Source of the DNA: Elusimicrobiota bacterium
GTDB taxonomy: Bacteria; Elusimicrobiota; Elusimicrobia; UBA1565; UBA9628
Direction: 5' to 3'
Length of the DNA: 64,000 nt
NCBI GenBank assembly: GCA_023249645.1
Contig: JAHFCF010000008.1
Span: 7,257-71,256 of the forward strand
The notes beneath the pieces were generated by a model. The model had not been told where the DNA came from. It did no database searches and was given only the letters and a program-made list of their open reading frames with translations. The position numbers were made by a program, and so were the translations under genes. This document shows, piece after piece, positions 17,321 through 25,173 of the stretch. Position 1 is the first letter of the stretch, and every line of letters starts with the position of its first letter.

Positions 17321-17510
17321 GCGACTTATCCACCGACTCTTCGCGTGAAGAGCCGGCGGGCGAACTTGGTGCGCACCAAGTCAATCAACTGGCGGTCACA
17401 GTTGCCCAATAGACAAAAGTGTAACCCATGTGCCCGGTCTGCTTTGTACCTATGTGGCCGGTCTGTACCCAGTTGATCAACTGTTGCCGGCAACAGTTGG
17501 CCGAAAAATC
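17321..17510. repeat. Palindromic intergenic repeat element, copy X (DnaA-box-like TTATCCACC + hairpins CTCTTCGCGTGAAGAG, TTGGTGCGCACCAA, GTTGCCGGCAAC)
   Basis: Core 'cttggtgcgcaccaagt…aactg…cagt.gcc' is shared with copies near 38250 and 42955. This copy carries an internal insert with direct repeats 'atgtg[cg]ccggtctg'. Confidence 0.6.
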
Positions 17511-17589
17511 GCATTGAATTGATGAGTAAGCGTTTCAGCGCGGGCTGAGAACTTTATTTGGGCGAGCTGTTACAGCCGAAGTGCCCTCT

Positions 17590-17701
17590 AGGTCTTTGGA
17601 CCTAGAAAGGCCCAGGTCCAAATTCCCTGAAAAATTGCCCGATAGGCCCAGGCGCTTTTCCCATCCCCAGGCTATAATAAGGAAAGATGTAAAGGGAGGA
17701 T
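17590..17701 (+). promoter_or_regulatory. Conserved promoter cassette copy B (GGACCTAGAAAGGCCCAGGTCC inverted repeat + 'ccctgaaaaattgccc' + TATAAT)
   Basis: Paralogous to 15101..15185. It ends with 'ggctataataaggaaagatgtaaagggaggatATG' (SD GGAGG). Confidence 0.6.
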
Positions 17702-18205
17702 ATGACCATGAATAAGTCAACCTGGAAGTGCGCGGGACCTGTTTTTGTGTTGGCCATCGTGCTGATCTCCGCGGGCGCCGATCGCGCGTGGGCCTTGACG
17801 GACGTGTGCACTGAAAACTGCGACGTCACCCTGGAAGCCGTGAAACAGCTTGGAAGAGATCTGGCCGCTTGGAATGCTCAGCGGAAGATGCGCCAGGCTG
17901 TGGAGAAGCGGGAGGCCAGCAAGATCAATGATGAAGTCTTCGGTCCCCAGGCTCGATTTGAGAAGATCCTCCAGTGGGCGGAAGGCATTTCAAAGAAGGA
18001 TATGATCGGCCCCGTTGAACTCCAGCGCAAGGTGGTGGTCAGCGCTTCTGAGACCGTGGTCGTCTATACGGGGCGCGCGGTGACGAAGAAGAAAAACTGC
18101 ACGGTGACTCTCAGGAACTACTATCCGAGCAATCTGGCTCTCGATTCTATCGGTTGCGGCGGCAAGGCCGAGAAGACCTTTGTCGCTCCGTTCCAAAGCC
18201 GGTAG
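17702..18205 (+). CDS. Small secreted hypothetical protein
   Basis: 167 aa with a signal peptide (…ADRAWA|LTD) and 4 Cys. It is driven by promoter cassette B. No family was recognised. Confidence 0.5.
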   Translation: MTMNKSTWKCAGPVFVLAIVLISAGADRAWALTDVCTENCDVTLEAVKQLGRDLAAWNAQRKMRQAVEKREASKINDEVFGPQARFEKILQWAEGISKKDMIGPVELQRKVVVSASETVVVYTGRAVTKKKNCTVTLRNYYPSNLALDSIGCGGKAEKTFVAPFQSR

Positions 18206-18208
18206 CGG

Positions 18209-18670
18209 CTACTTCTTCGTCGCGTCCTCGATGGCCTCGATGATGGGCGCATAGCCCGTGCACCGGCAGAGATTGCCGGCGATGGCTTCCTGGATCTCCC
18301 CGCGGTTGGGCTTGGGATTCTTCTGAAGAAGTTCGGTGGCGGATAAAACCATCCCCGGCGCGCAGAATCCGCATTGAAAGGAGCTGTGCGCCACGAAGCT
18401 CTTCTGCAGCTTGGTCGGGCCGTGCTTGGAGATGCCCTCCAAGGTCACGATCTCGGCGCCGTCCGCCTCGATGGCCAGGACCAGGCAGCTGCGCACCGTG
18501 CGGCCGTTCAAAAAGACCGTGCAGGTGCCGCAGTCGCCCCGGTCGCAGCCTATCTTGGGGCTCTTGACCCCGAGCTTCTCGCGCAGCACGTCCACCAGCA
18601 CGTCATTGGGCTCGATTTCGACCTGTCGCTTGACGCCATTGAGCATGAGCTGGATGGGGGTCTTCTTCAT
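18209..18670 (-). CDS. Xanthine dehydrogenase-family (2Fe-2S)-binding small subunit
   Basis: 153 aa. The plant-type ferredoxin motif 'GCDRGDCGTCTV' and second cluster 'CGFCAPG…CRCTGY' are present. Confidence 0.9.
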   Translation of the reverse strand: MKKTPIQLMLNGVKRQVEIEPNDVLVDVLREKLGVKSPKIGCDRGDCGTCTVFLNGRTVRSCLVLAIEADGAEIVTLEGISKHGPTKLQKSFVAHSSFQCGFCAPGMVLSATELLQKNPKPNRGEIQEAIAGNLCRCTGYAPIIEAIEDATKK

Positions 18671-19557
18671 AGGAGGCTTTCTCCCAGGGCAGGCCCTTTC
18701 CCTAAGAGCCGTGCCGCCGCAGCTTTGAGACCGCGCTCCAGCATGACCTCGGCCATGAGCTGGCGGTACTCCAGGCTGGAGCGGATGTCCGTGATGGGCG
18801 AGATCTCCTGGGACACGAGCTTGCGGGCCTTGCGGATGAGATCATCCGAGAGCTTCTTGCCTTGCAGGAGGGATTCGATCTTCGCGGCCCTCTTGGGGAT
18901 CGGTCCCACGGCGCAGAAAGCCACCCTATATATATTCTCTTCCTCTATAAGGACCGCCAGGCCGACCTGGGCTAAGTCCTCGCCCGAGTAGCGGCCCAGC
19001 TTCACATAAACCCCGGCAGTCTTCTTTTTTGGAACGGGGATGACCACGCCAGTCACGATCTCGTCAGTCAAAAGCGCGGTGCGCTTGGGGCCGGTGAACC
19101 ATTTGGAGATGGGGATCTCGCGCTGTTCGGCCGATCCGCGCGCGCACACGCGGGCATCATGGACCAGCAGGGCCGGCGCGCCGTCCAGGGAAGGCACGGC
19201 TGAGCAGAGATTACCGATGAGGGTGGCGCGATTGCGCACCCCGCAGGAGGCCACAGTCCTGGAGGCCTCCCAAAGAATGGGGAAGCGCTTCTTGACTAGG
19301 TCGGACTCGATGAGTTCGGCAAAGGTCGTTCTGGCTCCGATGTGGAGGGCGTCGTCCTTGATCTCCAGGCGCTTAAGCTCGCCGATGGCCTTGATGTCGA
19401 TGAGCGCTTCCGGGGATCTCATGCCTTCCTTGAGCCACACGATCAGGTCGGTCCCGCCGGCCAAGACCTGGGCGCGGCCCTTGTAGCGGACGAGGAGCTT
19501 GGTCGCTTCGGCCAGGCTCTTGGGTTTGTGATAATCGAAGTCGCAGGTGATGGGCAT
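18667..19557 (-). CDS. Xanthine dehydrogenase-family FAD-binding subunit (CoxM/XdhB-like)
   Basis: Start placed at 'MPITCDFDYHKP' (25 codons inside ORF 18667..19632), which sits behind a GGAGG Shine-Dalgarno. 'LAGGTDL' is the FAD-binding motif. It overlaps the downstream 2Fe-2S gene by 4 bp. Confidence 0.85.
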   Translation of the reverse strand: MPITCDFDYHKPKSLAEATKLLVRYKGRAQVLAGGTDLIVWLKEGMRSPEALIDIKAIGELKRLEIKDDALHIGARTTFAELIESDLVKKRFPILWEASRTVASCGVRNRATLIGNLCSAVPSLDGAPALLVHDARVCARGSAEQREIPISKWFTGPKRTALLTDEIVTGVVIPVPKKKTAGVYVKLGRYSGEDLAQVGLAVLIEEENIYRVAFCAVGPIPKRAAKIESLLQGKKLSDDLIRKARKLVSQEISPITDIRSSLEYRQLMAEVMLERGLKAAAARLLGKGPALGESLL

Positions 19558-19565
19558 GGGGCCTC

Positions 19566-20378
19566 CTACGGCATCCAGGCCACGATGCGGCACATGGAGC
19601 TTTCCAGCTCGATGCCGCGCAGGGGGAAGCACCCGATCCAGGCGCGCTTGTTCGAGAGCTTCTCGATGTCGCCGCCGATGTTCTCGGCGTGCACGATCTC
19701 CTTGGGAAAGAGTTTGATGTGCATGACCTGGTAGTACTCTTCCTGGGGGAACATCTCATCCCAGCCCTTGCCATAGTTGGCTTTGAGCTTCTTCTCCGCT
19801 TCCACGAAGGCCTTGGGATGCCAGCCGCGGATGATGGTGTTCATGGGATGATCGGCACTCCCGCAGTCGACCCCGATCCATTTGAACTTCATGTCCAAGC
19901 ACCACTTGTGGAAGGCCGGTCCCGGCCCCGGGTGCTTGACGAAATAGCGCAGTTCGTCGGACTGCTTCTGGTCCCAGGCGTAGCGATGATAGCCCGTGTT
20001 GATGATGAGGATGTCGCCCTTCTTGATGTCCACCTTGCTCTTGAGGAGGTCGGGCTCGTAGAGGTCGTAATCGCCGAGCTCCTTCGAGAGATCGACGACA
20101 GCGCCGGGGCCCACCCACTCGTTCATGGGAACCTGGCCGATGGAGCGGCCGCTGGCGTGGAAGTGGATCTCGCCGTCCATGTGTGTGCCCACGTGGTTGG
20201 AGGTCGTGATGACCTGGCCGTTGGCTCCCTGGCCCATGTGCGCGCCCGCGATGCGCTTGAAGTACTGCACGGAGAGCGGGATGTAGCTCGGCCACGGCGG
20301 GGTATGCACGCTCAGGCGCTGGGTTAAGTCATACATCTTGACCTTGCCCATCAGATCGAGGAACTGTTCGGTTTTCAT
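19566..20378 (-). CDS. Cyclase-family protein (kynurenine formamidase-like fold)
   Basis: 270 aa. 'HVGTHMDGEIHF' is the HxGTHxDxPxH cyclase-family signature. Confidence 0.75.
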   Translation of the reverse strand: MKTEQFLDLMGKVKMYDLTQRLSVHTPPWPSYIPLSVQYFKRIAGAHMGQGANGQVITTSNHVGTHMDGEIHFHASGRSIGQVPMNEWVGPGAVVDLSKELGDYDLYEPDLLKSKVDIKKGDILIINTGYHRYAWDQKQSDELRYFVKHPGPGPAFHKWCLDMKFKWIGVDCGSADHPMNTIIRGWHPKAFVEAEKKLKANYGKGWDEMFPQEEYYQVMHIKLFPKEIVHAENIGGDIEKLSNKRAWIGCFPLRGIELESSMCRIVAWMP

Positions 20379-21787
20379 GACTTGCCTCCGAGTTTTTTTG
20401 CCAAGCCGACGACGGCCTTCTGGAACGGCTCTGCGGGCGCGCTCAAGATGCCCGCGCCCACCTGTCCGATGCCAGGCTCTTTATGGGCCACGCCTGTGTC
20501 GATGAGGGGGAAGATGCCTTTTTCCACGACTTTTCTGGCGTCGATGCCTGTGGGACTGCCCCTGAAATCCAAAGCCGGGATCTGGTAGGCGGTGTTCTCC
20601 GCGATCGTGATCTCGTACATCTGCCGCGTGTAGTCAAGCGAGTCCGAGGCGCTGCCTCCCACGAACTGGACGATGGCCGGCGAGGCCGCAATCGAGAAGC
20701 CGCCCAGACCGTTGGTCTCCGTTATGGCGGAATCCCCGATGTCCGGGTTGGCATCCGCCTTGGTGAAGCCCGGGAAGTAGAGCGCGTCGGGCACTGGAGC
20801 CGGACCAGTGAACCATTCAGAACCAGTTCCCGAGAGTTGTATGCCGAAGTCGGTGCCGTTGCGAGCCATGACCGTGACGAACGAGCTCCCTTTGATATCG
20901 CGCGCCGCATCTAATGAGACTTTGCTCGCTGGCATGGAGAGATTGAGGAAGAAATGGTCGTTGCCATTGATGAATTCGAGCACCTGTGCCGCTGTCTCCG
21001 GGTCCGGGGCTGTGCGGACGATGGCCGGCGCGATGGCACGATAGAAAAGCGAGGTGGCCGCGCGGTTGCGGTTGTGCACCTCGTCTCCCATGTGCAGAGC
21101 CTGGGCGATGATGTTTTTTAAGTCGATCTTGCCGATCTTGGCCACGGCTTTCTTGAGCGTGGGATAAAGAACAACTTCCATCCATTTAAGCTTTTGAATG
21201 ACCGTTGGGCCATAAGCGCCGTAGCGCAGGACCTTGCCCAGACCCTCGTTCATGGTACAGAAGCCGAGATTGCCGTTCTCTTCGTTCTTGAGGACAAAGA
21301 CAGGCATGGAAGCGGAGATGATGCCTGCCATGGGACCCACGGCTGAGTGTTCGTGGCAGGGAGAAAAATCGATCTTTCCTGAAGCGGCCAGCTTGGAGGC
21401 ATCTTTGGGAGTCTTGGCCAGTCCTTCATACATCAGTGCCGCCATGATGCCGCCGCGCATGGGACCGCACATCCGATCCCAGGCGATGGGAGGCCCGGCG
21501 TGGAGGATGAGGTTCTTCTTCATCCCCGGGATGACGTCGAGAGCCTTGTCCAGGCCGATCAAGACCGGCTTGGCGGCCAAGACCTTGGCCGCGGCTTTGG
21601 CATTGGCCTTGTTTATTTCTTCGGATTTGGCTTGAAGGATCTTGCGGGAGGCTTCATCGATGGCCAGCGGCGGCCGCCAGTCCACATGCACGGACTTGGT
21701 CCCGCATTGCTCAAGACTCTTCTGGAAAGACTCAAGGCCCAGATTGACGACCTTGAGCTCGCTTTGAAACAGGTCCTTCACGCTCAC
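20375..21787 (-). CDS. DUF1116-family protein (YlbE-like; partner of FdrA/YlbF in oxamate/oxalurate-type clusters)
   Basis: 470 aa, GTG start. Assigned by size, composition and synteny with fdrA and the DUF2877 gene. Only family-level similarity was recognised. Confidence 0.6.
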   Translation of the reverse strand: MSVKDLFQSELKVVNLGLESFQKSLEQCGTKSVHVDWRPPLAIDEASRKILQAKSEEINKANAKAAAKVLAAKPVLIGLDKALDVIPGMKKNLILHAGPPIAWDRMCGPMRGGIMAALMYEGLAKTPKDASKLAASGKIDFSPCHEHSAVGPMAGIISASMPVFVLKNEENGNLGFCTMNEGLGKVLRYGAYGPTVIQKLKWMEVVLYPTLKKAVAKIGKIDLKNIIAQALHMGDEVHNRNRAATSLFYRAIAPAIVRTAPDPETAAQVLEFINGNDHFFLNLSMPASKVSLDAARDIKGSSFVTVMARNGTDFGIQLSGTGSEWFTGPAPVPDALYFPGFTKADANPDIGDSAITETNGLGGFSIAASPAIVQFVGGSASDSLDYTRQMYEITIAENTAYQIPALDFRGSPTGIDARKVVEKGIFPLIDTGVAHKEPGIGQVGAGILSAPAEPFQKAVVGLAKKLGGKS

Positions 21788-21807
21788 AGGGGAGATTATA
21801 ACAAATG

Positions 21808-21833
21808 GGGTCAGGCATTGACTTTTGACTGAG
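21808..21833. promoter_or_regulatory. Half-site copy of the ssnA-upstream palindrome (GGGTCAGGCATTGACTTTTGACTGAG), 21-46 nt upstream of the ylbE-like start
   Basis: It is a 23/23 match to the left arm of 1096..1144. A related 'gggtcagtgattgtcat' lies in the xdh 5' region at about 8301..8325. Confidence 0.6.
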
Positions 21834-21921
21834 CGGAAACTTTTTTGCCTCTCACTCGTATGGTATGTATGGAAAATCTAGAGATACTGGATAAATAGTA
21901 TAATAATAGTAGGAGAAAAGT

Positions 21922-22176
21922 ATGAATAATGCGATCAAGACCGCCATCAGCCTTCCCGCCGGTGTTTTCCGCCAGGCCGAGGTTCTGCGCCATCAAGCGG
22001 GGCTGTCCCGCAGTGCGCTTTACACCGAGGCGCTCAAGGCGTATTTCGAGTTTCAGCTCGTCCGCGAGAAAGAGGCGCGCTACGGCGCCGGCTATGAGGG
22101 GAAACCAGAAGACTTAAGCGTCATCTCCGCGGCAACGGCTGCGGGGGCCGCGAGCCTCAAGAAGGAGGATTGGTAA
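21922..22176 (+). CDS. Ribbon-helix-helix antitoxin (CopG/MazE-like)
   Basis: 84 aa. 'KTAISLPAGVFRQAEVLRHQAGLSRSALYTEALKAYF' is a beta-strand followed by two helices (RHH). It abuts a MazF gene and is preceded by an AT-rich promoter region. Confidence 0.7.
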   Translation: MNNAIKTAISLPAGVFRQAEVLRHQAGLSRSALYTEALKAYFEFQLVREKEARYGAGYEGKPEDLSVISAATAAGAASLKKEDW

Positions 22177-22488
22177 ATGCGTCGCGGAGAGGTCTGGTGG
22201 GCGCAGCTTCCGGCGCCGGCCGGGAGGCGGCCGGTGCTGCTCCTGTCTCGCGACAAAGCGATTTTGGTGCGCCAGTCCGTCACCGTGGCGCAGGTTACCC
22301 GGACGGTTCGTGAAATACCCACGGAGGTCCGTCTGGGGCGGGAGGAGGGCATGCCCAAGGCCTGCGTGGTCAACACGGATGTGATTTTCACCATTCCAAA
22401 GGCCCTGCTTTTGAACCGTATCTGCCGGCTATCGGTGGGACGACTCGACGAGGTCGGCGAGGCGATTAAGTTCGCTTTAGACCTTTAA
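22177..22488 (+). CDS. MazF/PemK-family endoribonuclease toxin
   Basis: 103 aa. 'RGEVWWAQL…RPVLLLS…VTVAQVT…KACVVNTDVIFTIPKALL…IGRLSV…' is the classic PemK/MazF pattern. Confidence 0.8.
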   Translation: MRRGEVWWAQLPAPAGRRPVLLLSRDKAILVRQSVTVAQVTRTVREIPTEVRLGREEGMPKACVVNTDVIFTIPKALLLNRICRLSVGRLDEVGEAIKFALDL

Positions 22489-24031
22489 CAACGCAGGTCG
22501 CGAATTTGGCCGCGGCCGCGTTCGTGGGCAGGACTAATGCACCTGCGGCCTTTAAAGTCTCTGCGACCTTGCTCCGCACCTGAGGGTCTTCTTCTGTTCC
22601 CGTCACGGAGCAGACGAAGATGAGATGCCGACCGGCTGCCTTGGCCGTTTTTTTGGCCGCGGTAATGGTCGGGCCGAGTTCACCAGCAGGATCGAGGTTC
22701 GAACCATAGCCCAGCACGACATCGAGAAGAATGACCGCTGTCTCAGGATCAGTGGCTTCATCCTGGATGCGGCGGTTGCGCAAAGAGAAATCGATCATGG
22801 GGTGGGGCCGGCCTACGGTGAAGGCGTCCTCGCCGAGATCCACGACCGTGTGGCCCTCGCTTTTCCAGGCATCCGCCAGAGTCTTGAAAGGCGAAAGCGG
22901 TGCGTTGGAATGAACCTCGGACAGCATTCCCCGGAAGATGGACTGGGCTTCGCCGCAGAAAGTCCCGCCGCTGAAAAGTCCACGGATGAATCTCTGACTT
23001 TTCTGGAGTTTCGAGGATTCTGTGGCCGCAAGCTCCGAGAGCTCCTTGTCACGATTCTGGATTTTTTGTCTTGCTGCTTCCGGACTCTTTTCCTGAGCGA
23101 GAGCTACGGCCACGAGAGCCGCTTCCTCCAAGGTCGAGGCCACTGTCATGTCCCGGATTGTTTCGGGGTCAGCTCCGAGGAACATGGCCACGATGGGTTT
23201 GGAGATTCCCTGGACGGCAGCGGAGAGTTTTTTCAAGACTTCCGCATGCGGGGGCTTGGAGATCAGCACAATGACTTTGGTGGATTCATCATCGGCCAGG
23301 GCTTTTAAACCCTCCAAGAACATGATGCCGCCGACCTCTTTTTTGACGTCGCGTCCGCCCGTGCCGATGGCCTGCGAAATGCCGGCTCCCTCGTTCGAGA
23401 TGATCGAGCTCACTTCCTGAAGGCCCGTGCCTGCCGCTGCCACGATGCCGATGGAGCCGCGGTTGACCACATTGGCGAAGGCGAGAGGCACGCCGTTGAT
23501 GATGGCCGTGCCGCAATCAGGTCCCATGACCAAGAGACCGCGGCTCTGAGCAAAGCGCTTGAGTTCGATCTCGGTCTCCAAGGACACATTGTCTGAAAAA
23601 AGCATGACATGAAGACCCTGGCGCAAAGCGTTCATCGCCGCTTCGCCCGCGTATTTGCCTGCGACCGAGATGACGGCCATGTTGGCTTGCGGCAGGACCT
23701 TGAGCGCGCCCTCGAGGCTTTTGGGGGAAGAGACGCCTTGGGTCTTGCCATTTTTGCGGATGTTTTTAAGAAGGGTTTCGACTTCGGACAAGGCCGTGAC
23801 CGCTGATTTCTCATCAGCGCTTTTGACAGCGATGAGCAGGTCCGCGTCCCCTGATTTGGCGAACTCAGGGCAGAGGAGGCCGGAGGATTTGAGGATGGAC
23901 CGGTTCTCCGGCGTTCCCATGACCACAGCCGCGTCAGAGACGCCGGGCCTGGCGGAGAGTTCGCGGCCGGCGATCATGAGAGTCACGGAGTCGAAATATT
24001 CGCCTGTCTTGACCAGGCCTTTTATAAACAT
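22466..24031 (-). CDS. fdrA: FdrA-family protein (CoA-binding / succinyl-CoA-synthetase-alpha-like)
   Basis: 521 aa. The N-terminus 'MFIKGLVKTGEYFDSVTLM' and domain order match FdrA. Confidence 0.8.
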   Translation of the reverse strand: MFIKGLVKTGEYFDSVTLMIAGRELSARPGVSDAAVVMGTPENRSILKSSGLLCPEFAKSGDADLLIAVKSADEKSAVTALSEVETLLKNIRKNGKTQGVSSPKSLEGALKVLPQANMAVISVAGKYAGEAAMNALRQGLHVMLFSDNVSLETEIELKRFAQSRGLLVMGPDCGTAIINGVPLAFANVVNRGSIGIVAAAGTGLQEVSSIISNEGAGISQAIGTGGRDVKKEVGGIMFLEGLKALADDESTKVIVLISKPPHAEVLKKLSAAVQGISKPIVAMFLGADPETIRDMTVASTLEEAALVAVALAQEKSPEAARQKIQNRDKELSELAATESSKLQKSQRFIRGLFSGGTFCGEAQSIFRGMLSEVHSNAPLSPFKTLADAWKSEGHTVVDLGEDAFTVGRPHPMIDFSLRNRRIQDEATDPETAVILLDVVLGYGSNLDPAGELGPTITAAKKTAKAAGRHLIFVCSVTGTEEDPQVRSKVAETLKAAGALVLPTNAAAAKFATCVVKGLKRT

Positions 24032-24843
24032 AGGACTTGCTCCTCTTTTTTGAGGGACATGAGAAATCCCACGGCTGTGTCCGCGCCTGAAGTCTCTCCT
24101 GATGCCAAGAGCTGAGTGATGGCGAGGTCAAGCTGGGCATTGTCTCCCCGCATGAGTGCCTTGAGGAGATTTTGCAGGGGTTCGAAACAGCGTCCTTCTC
24201 GAGCGCAGCGCAGGAAGGCTGCTGAAAGGGGATTGCTGCTTTTTGCTGAACTGAAGATCCTTTCGATCTCGGCGGAAAGATCCGTGTTGAAGAATTTTTG
24301 AGCGGCGTGAAGCCCCCAGAGCCAGCCGGCCAGGAAATCATCGCCGCTGGGCGTGAGGCCGAAGCCTGACCCGCGCAGGACCGACGCACCGGCTTCCAGA
24401 TTCCCGCGTCGGAGCTCCCGAAGGCCGTTGCTTATCCTGGCTGCGAATGCCTGATCAAACGCAGATGAAAAGTTGTTGCGCGGGGCGATCAGGAAGGACA
24501 GGCTCTTCGGGTGCGTGTTTTTGAGTCGTTTCTCCAGCTGGTTCAAGCCGCGCTGCAGGCCGGCAGGGTCGATGCTCCCCGCGGGGAATCCTGAAAGATA
24601 AAGCGGACGCTTCGGCAGGATCGTTTCTCCGCAGGAGAACCAGTCCTTGTCCACGTGCAGACTGAAGGTTTGGGTGAAATCCAGGGCTGAGACCACGATG
24701 TTGATGGGCCCGCCGCCGATCTGCGGGTCGACCAGGCAGATGAGCCGGTCATCTTGGATGAAATTGACGGCCTTGGCAAAACGCGAGTGGACCTGATAGT
24801 CGCCCAGTAAGATGCGGTCTCCAAAGCTGCGGACAACGATCAC
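24022..24843 (-). CDS. DUF2877-family protein (YlbF-like)
   Basis: The start was reassigned to a GTG at 24841-24843, giving a GTGA overlap with the upstream DUF35 stop. The rest of ORF 24022..25152 lies inside the DUF35 gene in another frame. The assignment rests on fdrA/ylbE synteny. Confidence 0.45.
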   Translation of the reverse strand: MIVVRSFGDRILLGDYQVHSRFAKAVNFIQDDRLICLVDPQIGGGPINIVVSALDFTQTFSLHVDKDWFSCGETILPKRPLYLSGFPAGSIDPAGLQRGLNQLEKRLKNTHPKSLSFLIAPRNNFSSAFDQAFAARISNGLRELRRGNLEAGASVLRGSGFGLTPSGDDFLAGWLWGLHAAQKFFNTDLSAEIERIFSSAKSSNPLSAAFLRCAREGRCFEPLQNLLKALMRGDNAQLDLAITQLLASGETSGADTAVGFLMSLKKEEQVLCL

Positions 24844-25172
24844 TTGGCCCTGAAGACCATCCCGTAGTACTTGTTGTACTCGTCCTTGCGCACGACCTGG
24901 ACCGTGGACTCTACCGCCATACCCATCTTGGGCTTGGGGATCTCGACTTGGCCGGTGACGCGCACGCCGTTGGAGAGCTCCACGATGCCCAGGGTCATCT
25001 CCGGCACATCGAAGTCGCCGGGCAAAGTCGAGAGGCGCGTGAAGGTCAGAAGCTTGCCGGCCTTGGGCAATGGCACTGGGACGAATGCATTGTTCTTGCA
25101 CTTGCCGCAGAGGGTCCTGTTGGGGTAGTTGATGTGCCCGCACTTCGAGCATTGATAGCCGTAGATCTCCAT
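24840..25172 (-). CDS. Zn-ribbon + OB-fold protein (DUF35; partner of SCP-x-type thiolases)
   Basis: 110 aa. 'CSKCGHINYPNRTLCGKC' is a rubredoxin-like Zn ribbon, followed by an OB fold. It lies 2 bp after the thiolase stop. Confidence 0.75.
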   Translation of the reverse strand: MEIYGYQCSKCGHINYPNRTLCGKCKNNAFVPVPLPKAGKLLTFTRLSTLPGDFDVPEMTLGIVELSNGVRVTGQVEIPKPKMGMAVESTVQVVRKDEYNKYYGMVFRAK

Positions 25173-25173
25173 G

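Noticed and set aside
24844-25152. Upstream part of ORF 24022..25152 (YlbF-like frame)
   Set aside because: It overlaps the DUF35 Zn-ribbon gene, which has a clear Cys4 motif. The GTG at 24843 gives a clean GTGA coupling.
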